This document shows positions 29,217 through 39,737 of a stretch of DNA of 64,000 nucleotides, piece by piece (the first letter of the stretch is position 1; the number at the start of each line of letters is the position of its first letter). A program made the translations under genes and the position numbers. Origin of the DNA: Alphaproteobacteria bacterium (lineage in GTDB: Bacteria; Pseudomonadota; Alphaproteobacteria; MPNO01; UBA830); assembly GCA_965243135.1 (NCBI GenBank), contig OZ251539.1:1408001-1472000 (forward strand), read 5' to 3'. Under the pieces are notes generated by a model that did not search any database, was not told the DNA's origin, and saw nothing but the letters and a program-made list of their open reading frames with translations.

Positions 29217-29226
29217 GGCGGGAGCC

Positions 29227-30543
29227 ATGGTCGGGGTCGAAGTCGGAATCGCGTCGGTCGCCGTCATCCTCGTCCTGATCTACGCGGGCATCCACGTCGC
29301 CGTCGCGCTCGGGCTGGTCTCGTTCGTGGGCGTTTGGATCTACCGGGATTCGATCGACGTCGCGATCAACCTGCTGGCCGCCGCGACCCACGACACCATC
29401 GCGCACGCCGTCTTCGCCAACATCCCGCTGTTCGCGCTGATGGGCATCGTCTCCAGCGAAATCGGACTCGGAGGAGACGTCTATCGCGTCGCGGACCAGA
29501 TTTTCCGCCGCGTGCGGGGCGGCCTCGGAATGGCGACGGTCGCCGCCAACGCGCTGTTCGCGTCGATCACCGGATCCTCCATCGCCTCGGCCTCGGTCTT
29601 CACCCGCATCGCCGTTCCCGAGATGAGGCGGTTCGGATACACCCGCCAGTTCTCGGTCGGAGTGGTCGCCGGCAGTTCGGTTCTCGGCATGCTGATCCCG
29701 CCGTCGTCGATGCTGATCATTTACGCCATCGTCGCCGAGGTTTCGGTCGGCCACATGTTCATCGCCGGCTTCGTGCCCGGCGTCCTGCTCGCGACCGCCT
29801 TCGTGCTGGGCATCTTCGTCATGGCGCGGCTGACGCCCGCCTTCGTCGGCGGAGAGCGCCTCCCGGCCGCCGACGACGCGGAGCCGGCGCTGTCCCTGTG
29901 GCAAATCGCGAAGCTGCTGTTCCCGGTCGCGTTTCTCGTCGTGCTGGTGCTGGGAGGCATCTACACCGGGTGGTTCTCGCCCGAGGAGGCGGGCGCCGCG
30001 GGGTCGGCCGGCGCGCTCGCGATCGGCGTTCTCAAGCGGCGGCTGACATGGCGCGGATTCTGGCGGGTTCTCGTGGAGACCGGCCAGATCACGGCCGCCA
30101 TCCTTTTCCTGATCATCGCCGCCTCGATGTACAGCCGCATGCTCGGGGTCGCGGCGCTGCCGACCCTCTTCAGCGACTGGCTGACCGGCATGGACTTCGG
30201 GATGGCCGGCCTGATGGCGATCTACGTCGTCCTGATGGTCCTTCTCGGCACCATCATCGAGACGGCCTCGATCATTCTCATCGTGGTGCCGCTGTTCCTG
30301 AGCTCGGTCGAGGCCCTCGGCGGCGACATCATCTGGTTCGGCATCGTCACCGTCATCGGCGCGGAAATCGGGCTGCTGACGCCGCCGCTGGGAATCTCGT
30401 GCTTCACGATCAAGAGCACGATCAAGGACCCCTCGATCACGCTTTCCCACATCTTCAAGGGCGCCTTCCCGTTCGCGTTCGTGATGCTGCTGATCCTGAT
30501 CCTGATCATCGCCTACCCGTCCCTCAGCCTCATGCTTCTGTAG
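29227..30543 (+). CDS. dctM: TRAP large permease (DctM)
   Basis: IPLFALMG, GGLGMATV, ITGSSIAS, LGMLIPPS, EIGLLTPPLG. Confidence 0.92.
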   Translation: MVGVEVGIASVAVILVLIYAGIHVAVALGLVSFVGVWIYRDSIDVAINLLAAATHDTIAHAVFANIPLFALMGIVSSEIGLGGDVYRVADQIFRRVRGGLGMATVAANALFASITGSSIASASVFTRIAVPEMRRFGYTRQFSVGVVAGSSVLGMLIPPSSMLIIYAIVAEVSVGHMFIAGFVPGVLLATAFVLGIFVMARLTPAFVGGERLPAADDAEPALSLWQIAKLLFPVAFLVVLVLGGIYTGWFSPEEAGAAGSAGALAIGVLKRRLTWRGFWRVLVETGQITAAILFLIIAASMYSRMLGVAALPTLFSDWLTGMDFGMAGLMAIYVVLMVLLGTIIETASIILIVVPLFLSSVEALGGDIIWFGIVTVIGAEIGLLTPPLGISCFTIKSTIKDPSITLSHIFKGAFPFAFVMLLILILIIAYPSLSLMLL

Positions 30544-30623
30544 CCGGCGGTTGTCCCGGCGGCGAATTCGGCTATCATCCGTTTCGCGGCCTTCTCGGCG
30601 CGAAAAAAAGGGAGAGCAAGATC

Positions 30624-31577
30624 ATGCGATTCGGAAAACTGGCGCTTGCGGTTCTCGCCGCTTCGTTCGCGGCGGGCGCGGCGGAAGCGCAGACCATCGG
30701 CATCGGCAGCACCAAGGGGTCGGTGGTGGCGGCCATGACCACGGCCATCTCGAAGATGGTCAACCAGAAGACCGACCTGAAGATGCGCCGCCAGGTCATG
30801 GGCGGCACCCAGAAATACATCCCGGTGGTCGATGCGGGCGAGCTCGAGTTCGGGCTGTCCAACATCGTGCAGTACACGATGGCCAAGGAAGGCCGGGATC
30901 TGTCCAAAAAACCGTACGGCAACCTGCAACTGGCGGCGACGCTGGTGCGCTTCCGCACCGGGCTGCTGGTGCGCAACGACTCCGACATCCGCAAGATCGA
31001 AGATCTGAAAGGGAAGCGGATGGCGAGCGGATTCAAGGGCGCACCGTTGTTTCAGACCTATTTCAGCGCGTTCCTGTCCAATGCCGGCCTCACGTGGGAC
31101 GACGTCAAGCAGGTGCCCGCGGTCGGCCTGCGGCAGCACTGGAACCTGTTCAAGCAAGGCAAGGTCGACGTCGCGATGGCCGGCGTCGGCGGCGGCCCCA
31201 ACAAGGACATGAACGCCAAGATTCCGAGCGGCGTCCGCTACATCAGCCTCAACACCGGAACGCCCAACGCCCTCAAGGCGACCGAACGGCTGCGGGGCGG
31301 CGAATATTCGCTGGTGCAGAAAAAGAAGGCGTTCGTCGCGATCAAGGAACCGGCCGTCCTGTTCGGCTACGACTTCATGCTGTTCACGCACAAGGGCGTG
31401 GCGGGCGACCTCGTGTACAAGGTGACGAAGGCGCTGGCCGAGAGCGAAAAGGAGTTGCGGGCGGTCAGCCCGATCTGGGCCAGCTTCAGCCCGGCCCGCA
31501 TGCCGAGGGACCAGCGTCTCGCCTATCACGCCGGCGCGATGAAGTATTACGAGGAAGCGGGCCTCTGGAAACGCTGA
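30624..31577 (+). CDS. TAXI-family TRAP solute receptor
   Basis: Signal peptide MRFGKLALAV...AEAQ; SDIRKIEDLKGKR, LVYKVTKAL, YHAGAMKYYEEAG. Confidence 0.88.
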   Translation: MRFGKLALAVLAASFAAGAAEAQTIGIGSTKGSVVAAMTTAISKMVNQKTDLKMRRQVMGGTQKYIPVVDAGELEFGLSNIVQYTMAKEGRDLSKKPYGNLQLAATLVRFRTGLLVRNDSDIRKIEDLKGKRMASGFKGAPLFQTYFSAFLSNAGLTWDDVKQVPAVGLRQHWNLFKQGKVDVAMAGVGGGPNKDMNAKIPSGVRYISLNTGTPNALKATERLRGGEYSLVQKKKAFVAIKEPAVLFGYDFMLFTHKGVAGDLVYKVTKALAESEKELRAVSPIWASFSPARMPRDQRLAYHAGAMKYYEEAGLWKR

Positions 31578-31666
31578 ACCCCATTGCTTCCTGACCGGCC
31601 CGCGCCGCGCGTCGGCGCGGGCCGCCGCCGCGTCGGCAAGGCGCGCGTCGGCAGGCGCTCCCCGAA

Positions 31667-33622
31667 ATGACGGACGAACGGCCGCCCGTCGTCTCCGCGG
31701 TCCGCAGCGAAGGCGACGCCGATCTTTCGCTGAACCGGCGATGGAGCGGCGTGGTCGCCTGCCTCGGCAGCTTCCTGGCGCTGATCCCGGTGTTTTTCGC
31801 CTCGCAGATCCACCTCGAGCTGGGTTGGCAGGTCTTCACGGAACAGGGCATGGCGCTGGCGCTCGGACTGGCGCTCGCCATCGTCTTCCTCAAGTCGCCC
31901 TTCCGGACGGGGACCGTCAAGACCTCCGTTCCCGTCTGGGACGTCGGGCTCGCCGTTCTGGGGCTGGGCGCGGGGATCTATCTGGCCGTCCGCTTTCCGG
32001 CCCTCCAGGACGAGCTGTTCGTCCTGCGGTCCGAGGCGGCGCTGATCGGCTACGTCGTCGTGCCGCTGACGGTCGAAGCGATCCGGCGCACCGCCGGATG
32101 GAGCCTGACCTCCATCGTGCTGGTCTTCCTCGTCTACGCGGTGCTCGGGCACCACGTGCCCGGCCTCCTCCAGGCGAGCGAGAACTCCGTCGAGTACCTT
32201 TCCTCCACCCTGATCGGCGACAGCGTGGCGGTGCTCGGGCTGCCGCTCACCATCGTCGTGATCGTCGTGCTGCCCTTCGTCTTCTTCGGCCAGCTGCTTC
32301 TCAAGGGAGGCGGGTCCGAGTGGCTGACGGACATCGCGACTGCGGCGATCGGGCGTTCGCGCGGCGGTTCGGCCAAGATCGCCGTGGTCGCGTCCGGGCT
32401 GTTCGGGGCGATTTCCGGGACCGCCGTGTCCAACGTCGCCTCGACCGGCCTGATCACCATCCCGCTGATGAAGCGCGGCGGATACGAGCCGAAAGTCGCC
32501 GGAGCCTTCGAGGCGGTCGCCTCGACCGGCGGGCAGATCATGCCCCCGATCATGGGCGCCGCCGCCTTTCTCATGGCCGAGATTCTGGAGATCGGCTATC
32601 CGGAAGTCGTGATCGCCGCCGTCGTGCCGGCCCTTCTGTATTACGTCGCGGTCTTCGTCTACGCGGATCTTGAAGCCGCGAAGAAAAACATCCTGCCCGT
32701 GCCCGAGCACCTGATTCCGCCGGTCGCGGCCACGCTGAAGCAAGGCTGGTTCTTCGTCGCGCCTTTCGCGATCCTCGTCTACGCGCTGTTCGCCCTCAAC
32801 CGGCCGCCGGAAACGGCGGCGCTGTGGTCGGGGATCTCGGTCATCGCCATCAACTGGATCTTCGGCTACAAGGGAAATCGCGTCCGCCCGGTCCAAATCT
32901 TTAGGGCGATACGGGACACCGGCGTTCGGGGCGGAAGCGAGATCGTCATAATTGGCGCGATGGCCGGCACGATCATCGGCATTCTCGGCGCGACGGGCCT
33001 CGGCGAGGCGCTGACGCAGGCGCTGGTCACGCTCGGCGAAGGGAACCTCGCGGTGCTGCTCGCGCTCACCGCGGTGATCTGCATCGTCCTCGGCATGGGC
33101 ATGCCGACGACCGCGATCTACCTCCTGGTGTCGATCATCGCCGCGCCGCCGCTGATCCAGCTCGGCATCAATCCGCTCGCCGCCCACATGTACGTGTTTT
33201 ATTTCGGCATCGTCTCGCTGATCACGCCGCCCGTGGCCATCGCCGCGTTCGTCGCCGCCAATCTGGCCGGCGCGAGCCCGATGTCGACGGCGATCACCGC
33301 GGTGCGCCTCGGCTGGACCGCCCTCGTCGTGCCGGTCATGTTCATCATGTCGCCGAACCTGATCATGCAGGGGAGCGCGGTCGACGTCGCGCTCGCCTTC
33401 GTCACCGCCGTCGCGGGCGTCTGGGTGACGACCTGCGGCATTCAGGGGTATTTCCGGCGTCCGCTGGGCCCGTTGCCGCGGCTCGCCTTCGTCTTCGGCG
33501 GCCTCATGCTTCTCGTGCCGGCCGAAGCGTTCGAGAACGCCGTCTACGTCGAACTGGCCGGTCTCGCGATCAGCGCGCTGTCCGTGGGCCGCGAACTGGC
33601 GGCGAGCCGGAAGCCCGCCTGA
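31667..33622 (+). CDS. TAXI-TRAP fused 4TM/12TM permease
   Basis: GGSAKIAVVAS, SGTAVSNV, EAVASTGGQIMPPIMGAAAF, LGMGMPT, ITPPVAIAAF. Confidence 0.92.
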   Translation: MTDERPPVVSAVRSEGDADLSLNRRWSGVVACLGSFLALIPVFFASQIHLELGWQVFTEQGMALALGLALAIVFLKSPFRTGTVKTSVPVWDVGLAVLGLGAGIYLAVRFPALQDELFVLRSEAALIGYVVVPLTVEAIRRTAGWSLTSIVLVFLVYAVLGHHVPGLLQASENSVEYLSSTLIGDSVAVLGLPLTIVVIVVLPFVFFGQLLLKGGGSEWLTDIATAAIGRSRGGSAKIAVVASGLFGAISGTAVSNVASTGLITIPLMKRGGYEPKVAGAFEAVASTGGQIMPPIMGAAAFLMAEILEIGYPEVVIAAVVPALLYYVAVFVYADLEAAKKNILPVPEHLIPPVAATLKQGWFFVAPFAILVYALFALNRPPETAALWSGISVIAINWIFGYKGNRVRPVQIFRAIRDTGVRGGSEIVIIGAMAGTIIGILGATGLGEALTQALVTLGEGNLAVLLALTAVICIVLGMGMPTTAIYLLVSIIAAPPLIQLGINPLAAHMYVFYFGIVSLITPPVAIAAFVAANLAGASPMSTAITAVRLGWTALVVPVMFIMSPNLIMQGSAVDVALAFVTAVAGVWVTTCGIQGYFRRPLGPLPRLAFVFGGLMLLVPAEAFENAVYVELAGLAISALSVGRELAASRKPA

Positions 33623-33639
33623 CGCCTCGCGAGGGACCG

Positions 33640-34887
33640 ATGACGGAACCGCGGCAATTCACCGTTCTCGGCGCGGGCGTCGTCGGCCTGTGCTGCGCCG
33701 TCTGGCTGCAGCGCGACGGTCACCGCGTCGTCCTCGTCGACCGCGCGGAACCCGGCGCCGGCACGTCCTTCGGCAACGCCGGCCTTATACAGATCGACGC
33801 GGTCGTTCCGATCGCCACCCCCGGGATCCTGCGCCATGTGCCGCGCATGCTGCTCGATCCGACCGGACCGCTGGTTCTCCGCTGGCGCTATCTTCCCCGC
33901 ATCCTGCCATGGCTCGCGCGGTTCGCGCTGGCGGCTCGTCCGGCGAGCGTCGAGCGGATCTCGGCTTCCCTGGCTTCGCTGCTCGATCGGGCCAACGCGG
34001 ACTGGCTGACCCTGATCGCGGAGGCGGACGCGCAGGATCTCTGGCGGCGGACCGGCGAGCTGTGGGTCTACCGGAAGAAGGAAGCGTGGGAGAGAGCGCG
34101 GGCTTCGCACGCATTGCGCCGCCGCCGCGTCCCCGGCCTTCAGGACCTGACGCTGGAGGAGATGCGCCAGCTCGAACCGGCGCTGGCGCGCGGCCTCCAT
34201 GCCGGCGTGTTCACGCCGGACGCCAATTCCGTCAGCCATCCGCTTCATTTGTCGCGGAAGCTCGCCGAGCTGTTCCGGCGCAACGGCGGCGCGTTCGTGC
34301 GCGAGAACGTCCTCCGGATCGAGACCGGGCCCGGCGGCGCGCCGGACCGGCTGATCACCGATTCGGGATCTCGCGGCGTGGACGCCCTGGTGATCGCCGC
34401 CGGCGCGTTCTCCCGGCCTTTCGCGAGGTCGGTCGGAACGAAGTTGCCGCTCGACACCGAGCGCGGCTATCATCTGTGGCTGCCGGATCCCGGTGTCGAA
34501 CTGCGCCGTCCGGTGTTGGTCGGCGACCACCAGTTCGGCATCGTGCCGATGACCGGCGGCGTCAGGCTGGCGGGCACCGCGGAACTGGCGGGGCTCGACC
34601 TGCCGCCGTACTGGCGGCGCGCCGACATTCTGGGCGAACTCGCGAAGCCCTTCGTCCCGGGACTCAATCTCGAGGGAGCGGAACGCTGGATGGGATATCG
34701 CCCGTCGATGCCCGACAGCCTGCCGGTCGTGGCGCGCGCGCCGGGGCATGAAGACGTCTACCTGGCCTTCGGCCACGGTCATCTCGGCCTCACGCTGGCC
34801 GCGGCGACCGGCAGGCTGATCGCCGACCTCGCCGCCGGCCGGACGCCGGCGGTCGACCCCGCGCCGTTCCGCGCCGGGCGGTTCTGA
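33640..34887 (+). CDS. D-amino acid dehydrogenase-like FAD-dependent oxidoreductase
   Basis: GAGVVG, TSFGNAG, ERGYH, RLAGTAE, WMGYRPSMPDSLP, AFGHGHLGLT. Confidence 0.88.
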   Translation: MTEPRQFTVLGAGVVGLCCAVWLQRDGHRVVLVDRAEPGAGTSFGNAGLIQIDAVVPIATPGILRHVPRMLLDPTGPLVLRWRYLPRILPWLARFALAARPASVERISASLASLLDRANADWLTLIAEADAQDLWRRTGELWVYRKKEAWERARASHALRRRRVPGLQDLTLEEMRQLEPALARGLHAGVFTPDANSVSHPLHLSRKLAELFRRNGGAFVRENVLRIETGPGGAPDRLITDSGSRGVDALVIAAGAFSRPFARSVGTKLPLDTERGYHLWLPDPGVELRRPVLVGDHQFGIVPMTGGVRLAGTAELAGLDLPPYWRRADILGELAKPFVPGLNLEGAERWMGYRPSMPDSLPVVARAPGHEDVYLAFGHGHLGLTLAAATGRLIADLAAGRTPAVDPAPFRAGRF

Positions 34888-35954
34888 TGCTGATCCGGCG
34901 CGACGCGCTCGCCCGGCTGGCCGCCGCCGTGTTCGAGCGCATGGGAAGTCCGCCCGGCGAGGCGTCGCTCGTCGCGGAGTCGCTCGTCGTCGCGAACCTC
35001 ATGGGCCACGACAGCCACGGCGTCGGACTCGTGCCGACCTATGCCGACCATTTCAGGCGCGGCCTGCTCAAGCCGGGAACCGCGGCGAGACTCCTCAAGG
35101 ACGACGGCGCCCTCATGGCCTTCGACGGCGAACGCGGGTTCGGCCGCCGGGTCGGAGGGGAGGCGATGGAGCGGGCGGCGGCGCGTTGCCGCGAAACCGG
35201 AATCGCGCTTCTGACGTTGCGCCGCGCCCATCATCTCGGCCGCATCGGCGCTTACGGCGAGATCGCCATGGAAGCCGGCATGGTCTCGATTCATTTCGTC
35301 AACGTGATCGACCACCCGCCGTCGGTCGCGCCCTGGGGCGGCTCGGAAGCGCGCTTCGTCACCAACCCGGTCTGCATCGCGGTTCCAGGCACCGAACGAA
35401 CGCCGCCGACCTTGCTCGACATGGCCACCAGCCGCATCGCCCTCGGCAAGGCGCGCGTCGCGATGACGCGGGGCGAAACGCTGGAGGAGGGGCTCGCGGT
35501 CGACGCAGAGGGGCGTCCGACGAGCGATCCGGGAGTGATGTTCTCGGAACCGCGCGGCGCCCTGCTGCCCTTCGGCCGGCACAAGGGGTCGGGCCTCGCG
35601 CTCGTCTGCGAACTGCTCGCGGGCGGCCTCTCCGGCGGCGGCACCGTACAGCCCGGCAACCCCCGCCGGGAGAGCATCGTCAACAACATGCTCGCCGTTC
35701 TGATCGATCCCGCGCGGCTGGTGGATCTCGACTGGCTGCGTTCGGAGATCGACGCGACGGTCTCCTACGTCAAGTCGGCGAAAGCGGCCGACCCCGCGAA
35801 CCCGGTGATCGTCGCCGGAGATTCGGAGCGGCGCAGCATGCGGGAGCGGACGGCCTCCGGCGTGGAAATCGACGACGCCGCGTGGGCTGAAATTCTGGAC
35901 GCGGGAGAAGCCCTCGGACTGGCGCGCGGGGACATGGAGGGCATGGCGGGGTGA
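34887..35954 (+). CDS. Ldh_2 family malate/lactate/ureidoglycolate dehydrogenase (YbiC/HcxB-like)
   Basis: GHDSHGV, HHLGRIG, TNP, LDMATS, LLPFGRHKGSGL. Confidence 0.88.
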   Translation: MLIRRDALARLAAAVFERMGSPPGEASLVAESLVVANLMGHDSHGVGLVPTYADHFRRGLLKPGTAARLLKDDGALMAFDGERGFGRRVGGEAMERAAARCRETGIALLTLRRAHHLGRIGAYGEIAMEAGMVSIHFVNVIDHPPSVAPWGGSEARFVTNPVCIAVPGTERTPPTLLDMATSRIALGKARVAMTRGETLEEGLAVDAEGRPTSDPGVMFSEPRGALLPFGRHKGSGLALVCELLAGGLSGGGTVQPGNPRRESIVNNMLAVLIDPARLVDLDWLRSEIDATVSYVKSAKAADPANPVIVAGDSERRSMRERTASGVEIDDAAWAEILDAGEALGLARGDMEGMAG

Positions 35955-36026
35955 ACCCCGTTCGCCGGGTCGCGTTGCGCGCTTCGTTGAGTTACCCTGC
36001 GGCCGGAACAAGACGGGATCCGTAAG

Positions 36027-37022
36027 ATGGCGCGCGACATTTCGATCACGATGGCGGCGGGCAACATGGACAGGCTGGCCGCGATCAGGGACGGCCGCGT
36101 GAAGGTGGAGGGATGCGACGTCACCTTCATTCCCATGGAGCCCGAAGAGGTCTTCTTCCGCGCCTTTCGCTACGCCGAGTTCGATTGTTGCGAGCTTTCC
36201 TTCTCGAGCTACATCCGCGTCGCGTCCCAGGGGAAGAGCGAATACGTCGGCGTGCCGGCTTTCGTCAGCCGCGTGTTCCGCCATTCCGGCTTCTATATCC
36301 GCACCGACCGGGGCATCAGGACGCCGGAGGACTTGCGGGGCAGGCTGGTGGGCGTGCCCGAATACCAGATGACGGCGCCGGTCTGGATGCGCGGCATCCT
36401 CGAGGACGAATACGGCGTGAAGCCGACCGAAATAAAGTGGCGGTCCGGCGGCCAGGAGGAGCCGGGACGCGACGAGCGCACCCCGTTCGAGCCGCCGCCG
36501 GGCCTCGACCTCCAGCCGATACCCGAAGACCGCACGCTGGTCGACATGTTCGAAGCGGGGGAGCTCGACGCACTGACCACCGCGCGCGCGCCGTCGAGCT
36601 TCACGTCGGGAAAGCCGAACGTCGGACGCCTGTTCCCGGATTTCCGGACCGTCGAGAAGGAATATTACAGAAAAACCCGGATGTTTCCGATCATGCACCT
36701 GATGGGGGTGCGAAAGGATCTCGCGGAGAAGCATCCGTGGTTGCCCGGCAGCGTCTACAAGGCGCTGCTGGCGGCTCGCGACGTCGCTTACGAGGACGTC
36801 GCGAGGACGGCGGCGCTGAGCGTCACGTTGCCCTGGGTCGACGCCGAACGGCGCGATACCGTCGAACTGATGGGCGCGGACTACTGGCGTTACGGCGTCG
36901 AGGAATGCCGCCACGAGATCGAGGCGCTCGCGCGCTATTCCTTCGGTCACGGCCTTTCGGAGCGGCGGATGACGCCGGAGGAACTGTTCGCGGAATCGAC
37001 TTTCGAACTGTCGAAGATCTGA
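36027..37022 (+). CDS. 4,5-dihydroxyphthalate decarboxylase-like / periplasmic-binding-fold protein
   Basis: PEEVFFR, ELSFSSY, SRVFRHS, GVPEYQMTA, FPIMH. No signal peptide. Confidence 0.8.
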   Translation: MARDISITMAAGNMDRLAAIRDGRVKVEGCDVTFIPMEPEEVFFRAFRYAEFDCCELSFSSYIRVASQGKSEYVGVPAFVSRVFRHSGFYIRTDRGIRTPEDLRGRLVGVPEYQMTAPVWMRGILEDEYGVKPTEIKWRSGGQEEPGRDERTPFEPPPGLDLQPIPEDRTLVDMFEAGELDALTTARAPSSFTSGKPNVGRLFPDFRTVEKEYYRKTRMFPIMHLMGVRKDLAEKHPWLPGSVYKALLAARDVAYEDVARTAALSVTLPWVDAERRDTVELMGADYWRYGVEECRHEIEALARYSFGHGLSERRMTPEELFAESTFELSKI

Positions 37023-37041
37023 ACCGGGAGAGGGCGCGACC

Positions 37042-38256
37042 GTGGAACTGCCGTCCAGCGACGACCTCTACGCTCTCAAGGTCGACGGGTTCGACACCGC
37101 CAGGCTGCTGACGAACGCGGCACGCCAACGGGACGAGCGCGGCCTCGGAGACGTCTTCGTCGTCGATGCGGATTCGCATCACTACGAGACGGAGTCCGTG
37201 GGCGAGCTGCTCGATTACATCGAAGATCCGGTGATGAAGCAGCTGTCCCGGTCGGCGCTCGGCGTGGCGCGGAAGTCGCGCGGCTTTCCCTATTCGCGGG
37301 TCGGCTATCAGGACATGGGCGGGCGGATCACGCGCGAGCCGCTGCGCGGCCTGGAAGCCACGGCTCCGGCCGACGGCCATCGGGACGTCCAACTGGCGCT
37401 CCGGAGAATGGACGCCATGGGCGTCGACGTCGCGGTCCTGTTGCCCACGCCCATGATGCTCATGGGCATGCATCCCCAGGTCGAGTTCGAAGCGCAGATC
37501 GGACTCGCCTACAACCGGTGGATGGTCGAGAAGGTGCTGCCCGGGTCGGCCCGCCTGAAGTCCTTCGCGTACCTGCCGTTCAACGATCCGGAGATGGCGT
37601 TCCGCATCGTTCGCGAGTTCGCCGGCGAACCGGACATCCTGGGTTTCCTGATCGCGTCGGTGCGGCGCAACGCGGTGCACGACAACCTCTACGCGAAGAC
37701 GTACGCGGCCATACAGGAATCGGGCAAGGTGCTCGGGTTCCACACCGGGTACGACTGGGACGATCCCACCTTCGGCAGCCCCAGCCGTTTCGTCGCCGTG
37801 CAAGCCATTGGATATCCCTTCTACAACGTCGTCCATTGCGTGAACTGGCTTTGCAACGGCATGAACGAGCGTTTTCCGGAGATCAAGGTGCTGTGGATGG
37901 AGGGCGGCCTCGCCTGGGTCACCTGGGTCATGCAGCGCATCGATTCCGAATACCGCATGCGGTCTTCGGAGGTTCCCGGACTCAGGAAGCTTCCAAGCCA
38001 TTACATGCGCGACATGTACTACACGTCCCAGCCTCTGGAGGCGGGAGACGGCTATCTGCTGGAGCAGACCCTGAAGGCCGTCGACGCCGAGGAACGGGTT
38101 CTCTACGCTTCGAATTACCCGTTGTCCGACATGGACGTGCCGTCCGTCGTCTGGGACCTCGATTGCCTGGACGAGCGCGCGAAGCGAAACGTTCTGGGCG
38201 AGAACGCCCGGCGGCTCTTCGGATTATCCCCCGCGCCACAAGGAGACAGCGCATGA
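37042..38256 (+). CDS. amidohydrolase_2 family protein
   Basis: DADSHHYE, RMDAMGVD, AYNRW, LGFH, ERFP...MEGG, VLGENARRLF. Confidence 0.85.
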   Translation: MELPSSDDLYALKVDGFDTARLLTNAARQRDERGLGDVFVVDADSHHYETESVGELLDYIEDPVMKQLSRSALGVARKSRGFPYSRVGYQDMGGRITREPLRGLEATAPADGHRDVQLALRRMDAMGVDVAVLLPTPMMLMGMHPQVEFEAQIGLAYNRWMVEKVLPGSARLKSFAYLPFNDPEMAFRIVREFAGEPDILGFLIASVRRNAVHDNLYAKTYAAIQESGKVLGFHTGYDWDDPTFGSPSRFVAVQAIGYPFYNVVHCVNWLCNGMNERFPEIKVLWMEGGLAWVTWVMQRIDSEYRMRSSEVPGLRKLPSHYMRDMYYTSQPLEAGDGYLLEQTLKAVDAEERVLYASNYPLSDMDVPSVVWDLDCLDERAKRNVLGENARRLFGLSPAPQGDSA

Positions 38257-38861
38257 TCAAGCTCGTCGGCACGTATAAGTCGCCTTTCACCCGCCGGGTG
38301 GCGGCGTCCGCCCGTATTCTCGGGATCCAGTTCGAGCACGTTTCCTTGTCGACGCTGACCGATGTCGAGGAGATCCGCAAGCACAATCCCATGGGCCTCG
38401 TGCCGGTGCTTGTCCTGGAGGACGGAACCTCGCTGATCGACAGCGGGGCCATCCTCGACTGGCTCGACCAGGAGGCGGAGATGGCGCGCCGTCTGGTGCC
38501 GCCGATGGGCATCGAAAGGCGAAACGTTCTGCAGATGACGGCATGGGCGACGGCGGCGGGGGACAAGACCGTCGCCGCCTATTACGAACTGACCCGTCGG
38601 CCCGAGGACAAGATCCACTATCCCACGGTCGACGGCAACGTGAGGCAGGTCGTCGAAGCGTTCAGCATGCTCGACCGGGTTCCCGGCGACACCTGGCTTT
38701 CTCCGGGGCGCATCACTCAGGCCGACGTATCCGCAGTGGTCTTTTTCGATTTCGCTGCGAGGGTTCTCGGCGACCGCTTCGAAAGCGGCGCTTTTTCCCG
38801 CCTGGGATCGCTGCGCAAGTTTCTCTACGGAACCTTGCCGGTTTTCGAGGAGACGGCATGA
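38253..38861 (+). CDS. glutathione S-transferase family protein
   Basis: SPFTRRV, NPMGLVPVL, LIDSGAILDWLD, TQADV. Confidence 0.88.
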   Translation: MIKLVGTYKSPFTRRVAASARILGIQFEHVSLSTLTDVEEIRKHNPMGLVPVLVLEDGTSLIDSGAILDWLDQEAEMARRLVPPMGIERRNVLQMTAWATAAGDKTVAAYYELTRRPEDKIHYPTVDGNVRQVVEAFSMLDRVPGDTWLSPGRITQADVSAVVFFDFAARVLGDRFESGAFSRLGSLRKFLYGTLPVFEETA

Positions 38862-39724
38862 TCCGGATCGGAAGCGCCGCGGTCGACGGCGTTCTCGAAT
38901 GGGCGGGATCCTATCGCGATCCTCTGGAAATGTACCCCGACGCCACGCGCGAGGCGGTCGAACGGCACCGCGCGTGGCTGGAGCCCGGCAGCCTCGATCC
39001 GGAATCGGGCGCGCTCGTCATGGCGTTCCAGAGCTATCTGCTTCGCACGGACCGGCTCACGATCCTGATCGACACCTGCGTCGGCAACGACAAGAACCGG
39101 CCTTTGCGGCCCAATTGGCATCGTCAGAACTGGCCGTGGATGGATAATTTGCGCGCCTGCGGAATTACGCCGGAAGAGATCGACGTCGTGCTGTGCACCC
39201 ATCTTCACACCGATCACGTAGGTTGGAACACGCGCCTTCAGGACGGCCGATGGACGCCGACCTTTCCCAACGCCAGATATCTGTTCCACGAAAAGGAATA
39301 CGCTTACTGGCAACAGGAATACCGCAGGCAGGAATGGTTGCGCGACGCCTTCGAGGACAGCGTCCTGCCGGTCGTCGAGGCGGGAAGGGCGGTCATGGTG
39401 GCCGGCGACCACGAAATAGATCGCGGACTCTTCCTCGAGCCCGCTCCCGGCCATACGCCGGGCGCCGTCTGCCTTCACCTGAAGGACGGCGGCGAGCACG
39501 CGGTGTTCTGCGGCGATCTGATGCATCACCCGCTTCAGGTGCCGGAAGCGCAATGGTCCAGCATCTTCTGCACTGATCCCGATCTGTCGCGACGGACCCG
39601 CATGGCGTTCGTCGACCGTTTCGCGGAGACGGACAGCATGGTGTTGCCGGCTCATTTCGTCGCCGGGGGGCGCATCGTCGCCGGCGGGCCGGACGGCAAG
39701 CCGACGTTCCGCTTCGCCGCGTAG
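38858..39724 (+). CDS. MBL-fold metallo-hydrolase
   Basis: THLHTDHVGWN, PGHTPG, GDLMH, PAHF. Confidence 0.9.
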   Translation: MIRIGSAAVDGVLEWAGSYRDPLEMYPDATREAVERHRAWLEPGSLDPESGALVMAFQSYLLRTDRLTILIDTCVGNDKNRPLRPNWHRQNWPWMDNLRACGITPEEIDVVLCTHLHTDHVGWNTRLQDGRWTPTFPNARYLFHEKEYAYWQQEYRRQEWLRDAFEDSVLPVVEAGRAVMVAGDHEIDRGLFLEPAPGHTPGAVCLHLKDGGEHAVFCGDLMHHPLQVPEAQWSSIFCTDPDLSRRTRMAFVDRFAETDSMVLPAHFVAGGRIVAGGPDGKPTFRFAA

Positions 39725-39737
39725 CGAGGGCGCGGCG

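Noticed and set aside
25931-29278. 1115-aa plus-strand ORF
   Set aside because: Arg/Gly/Pro-rich alternative frame overlapping the imelysin, dctP and dctQ genes; no motifs.
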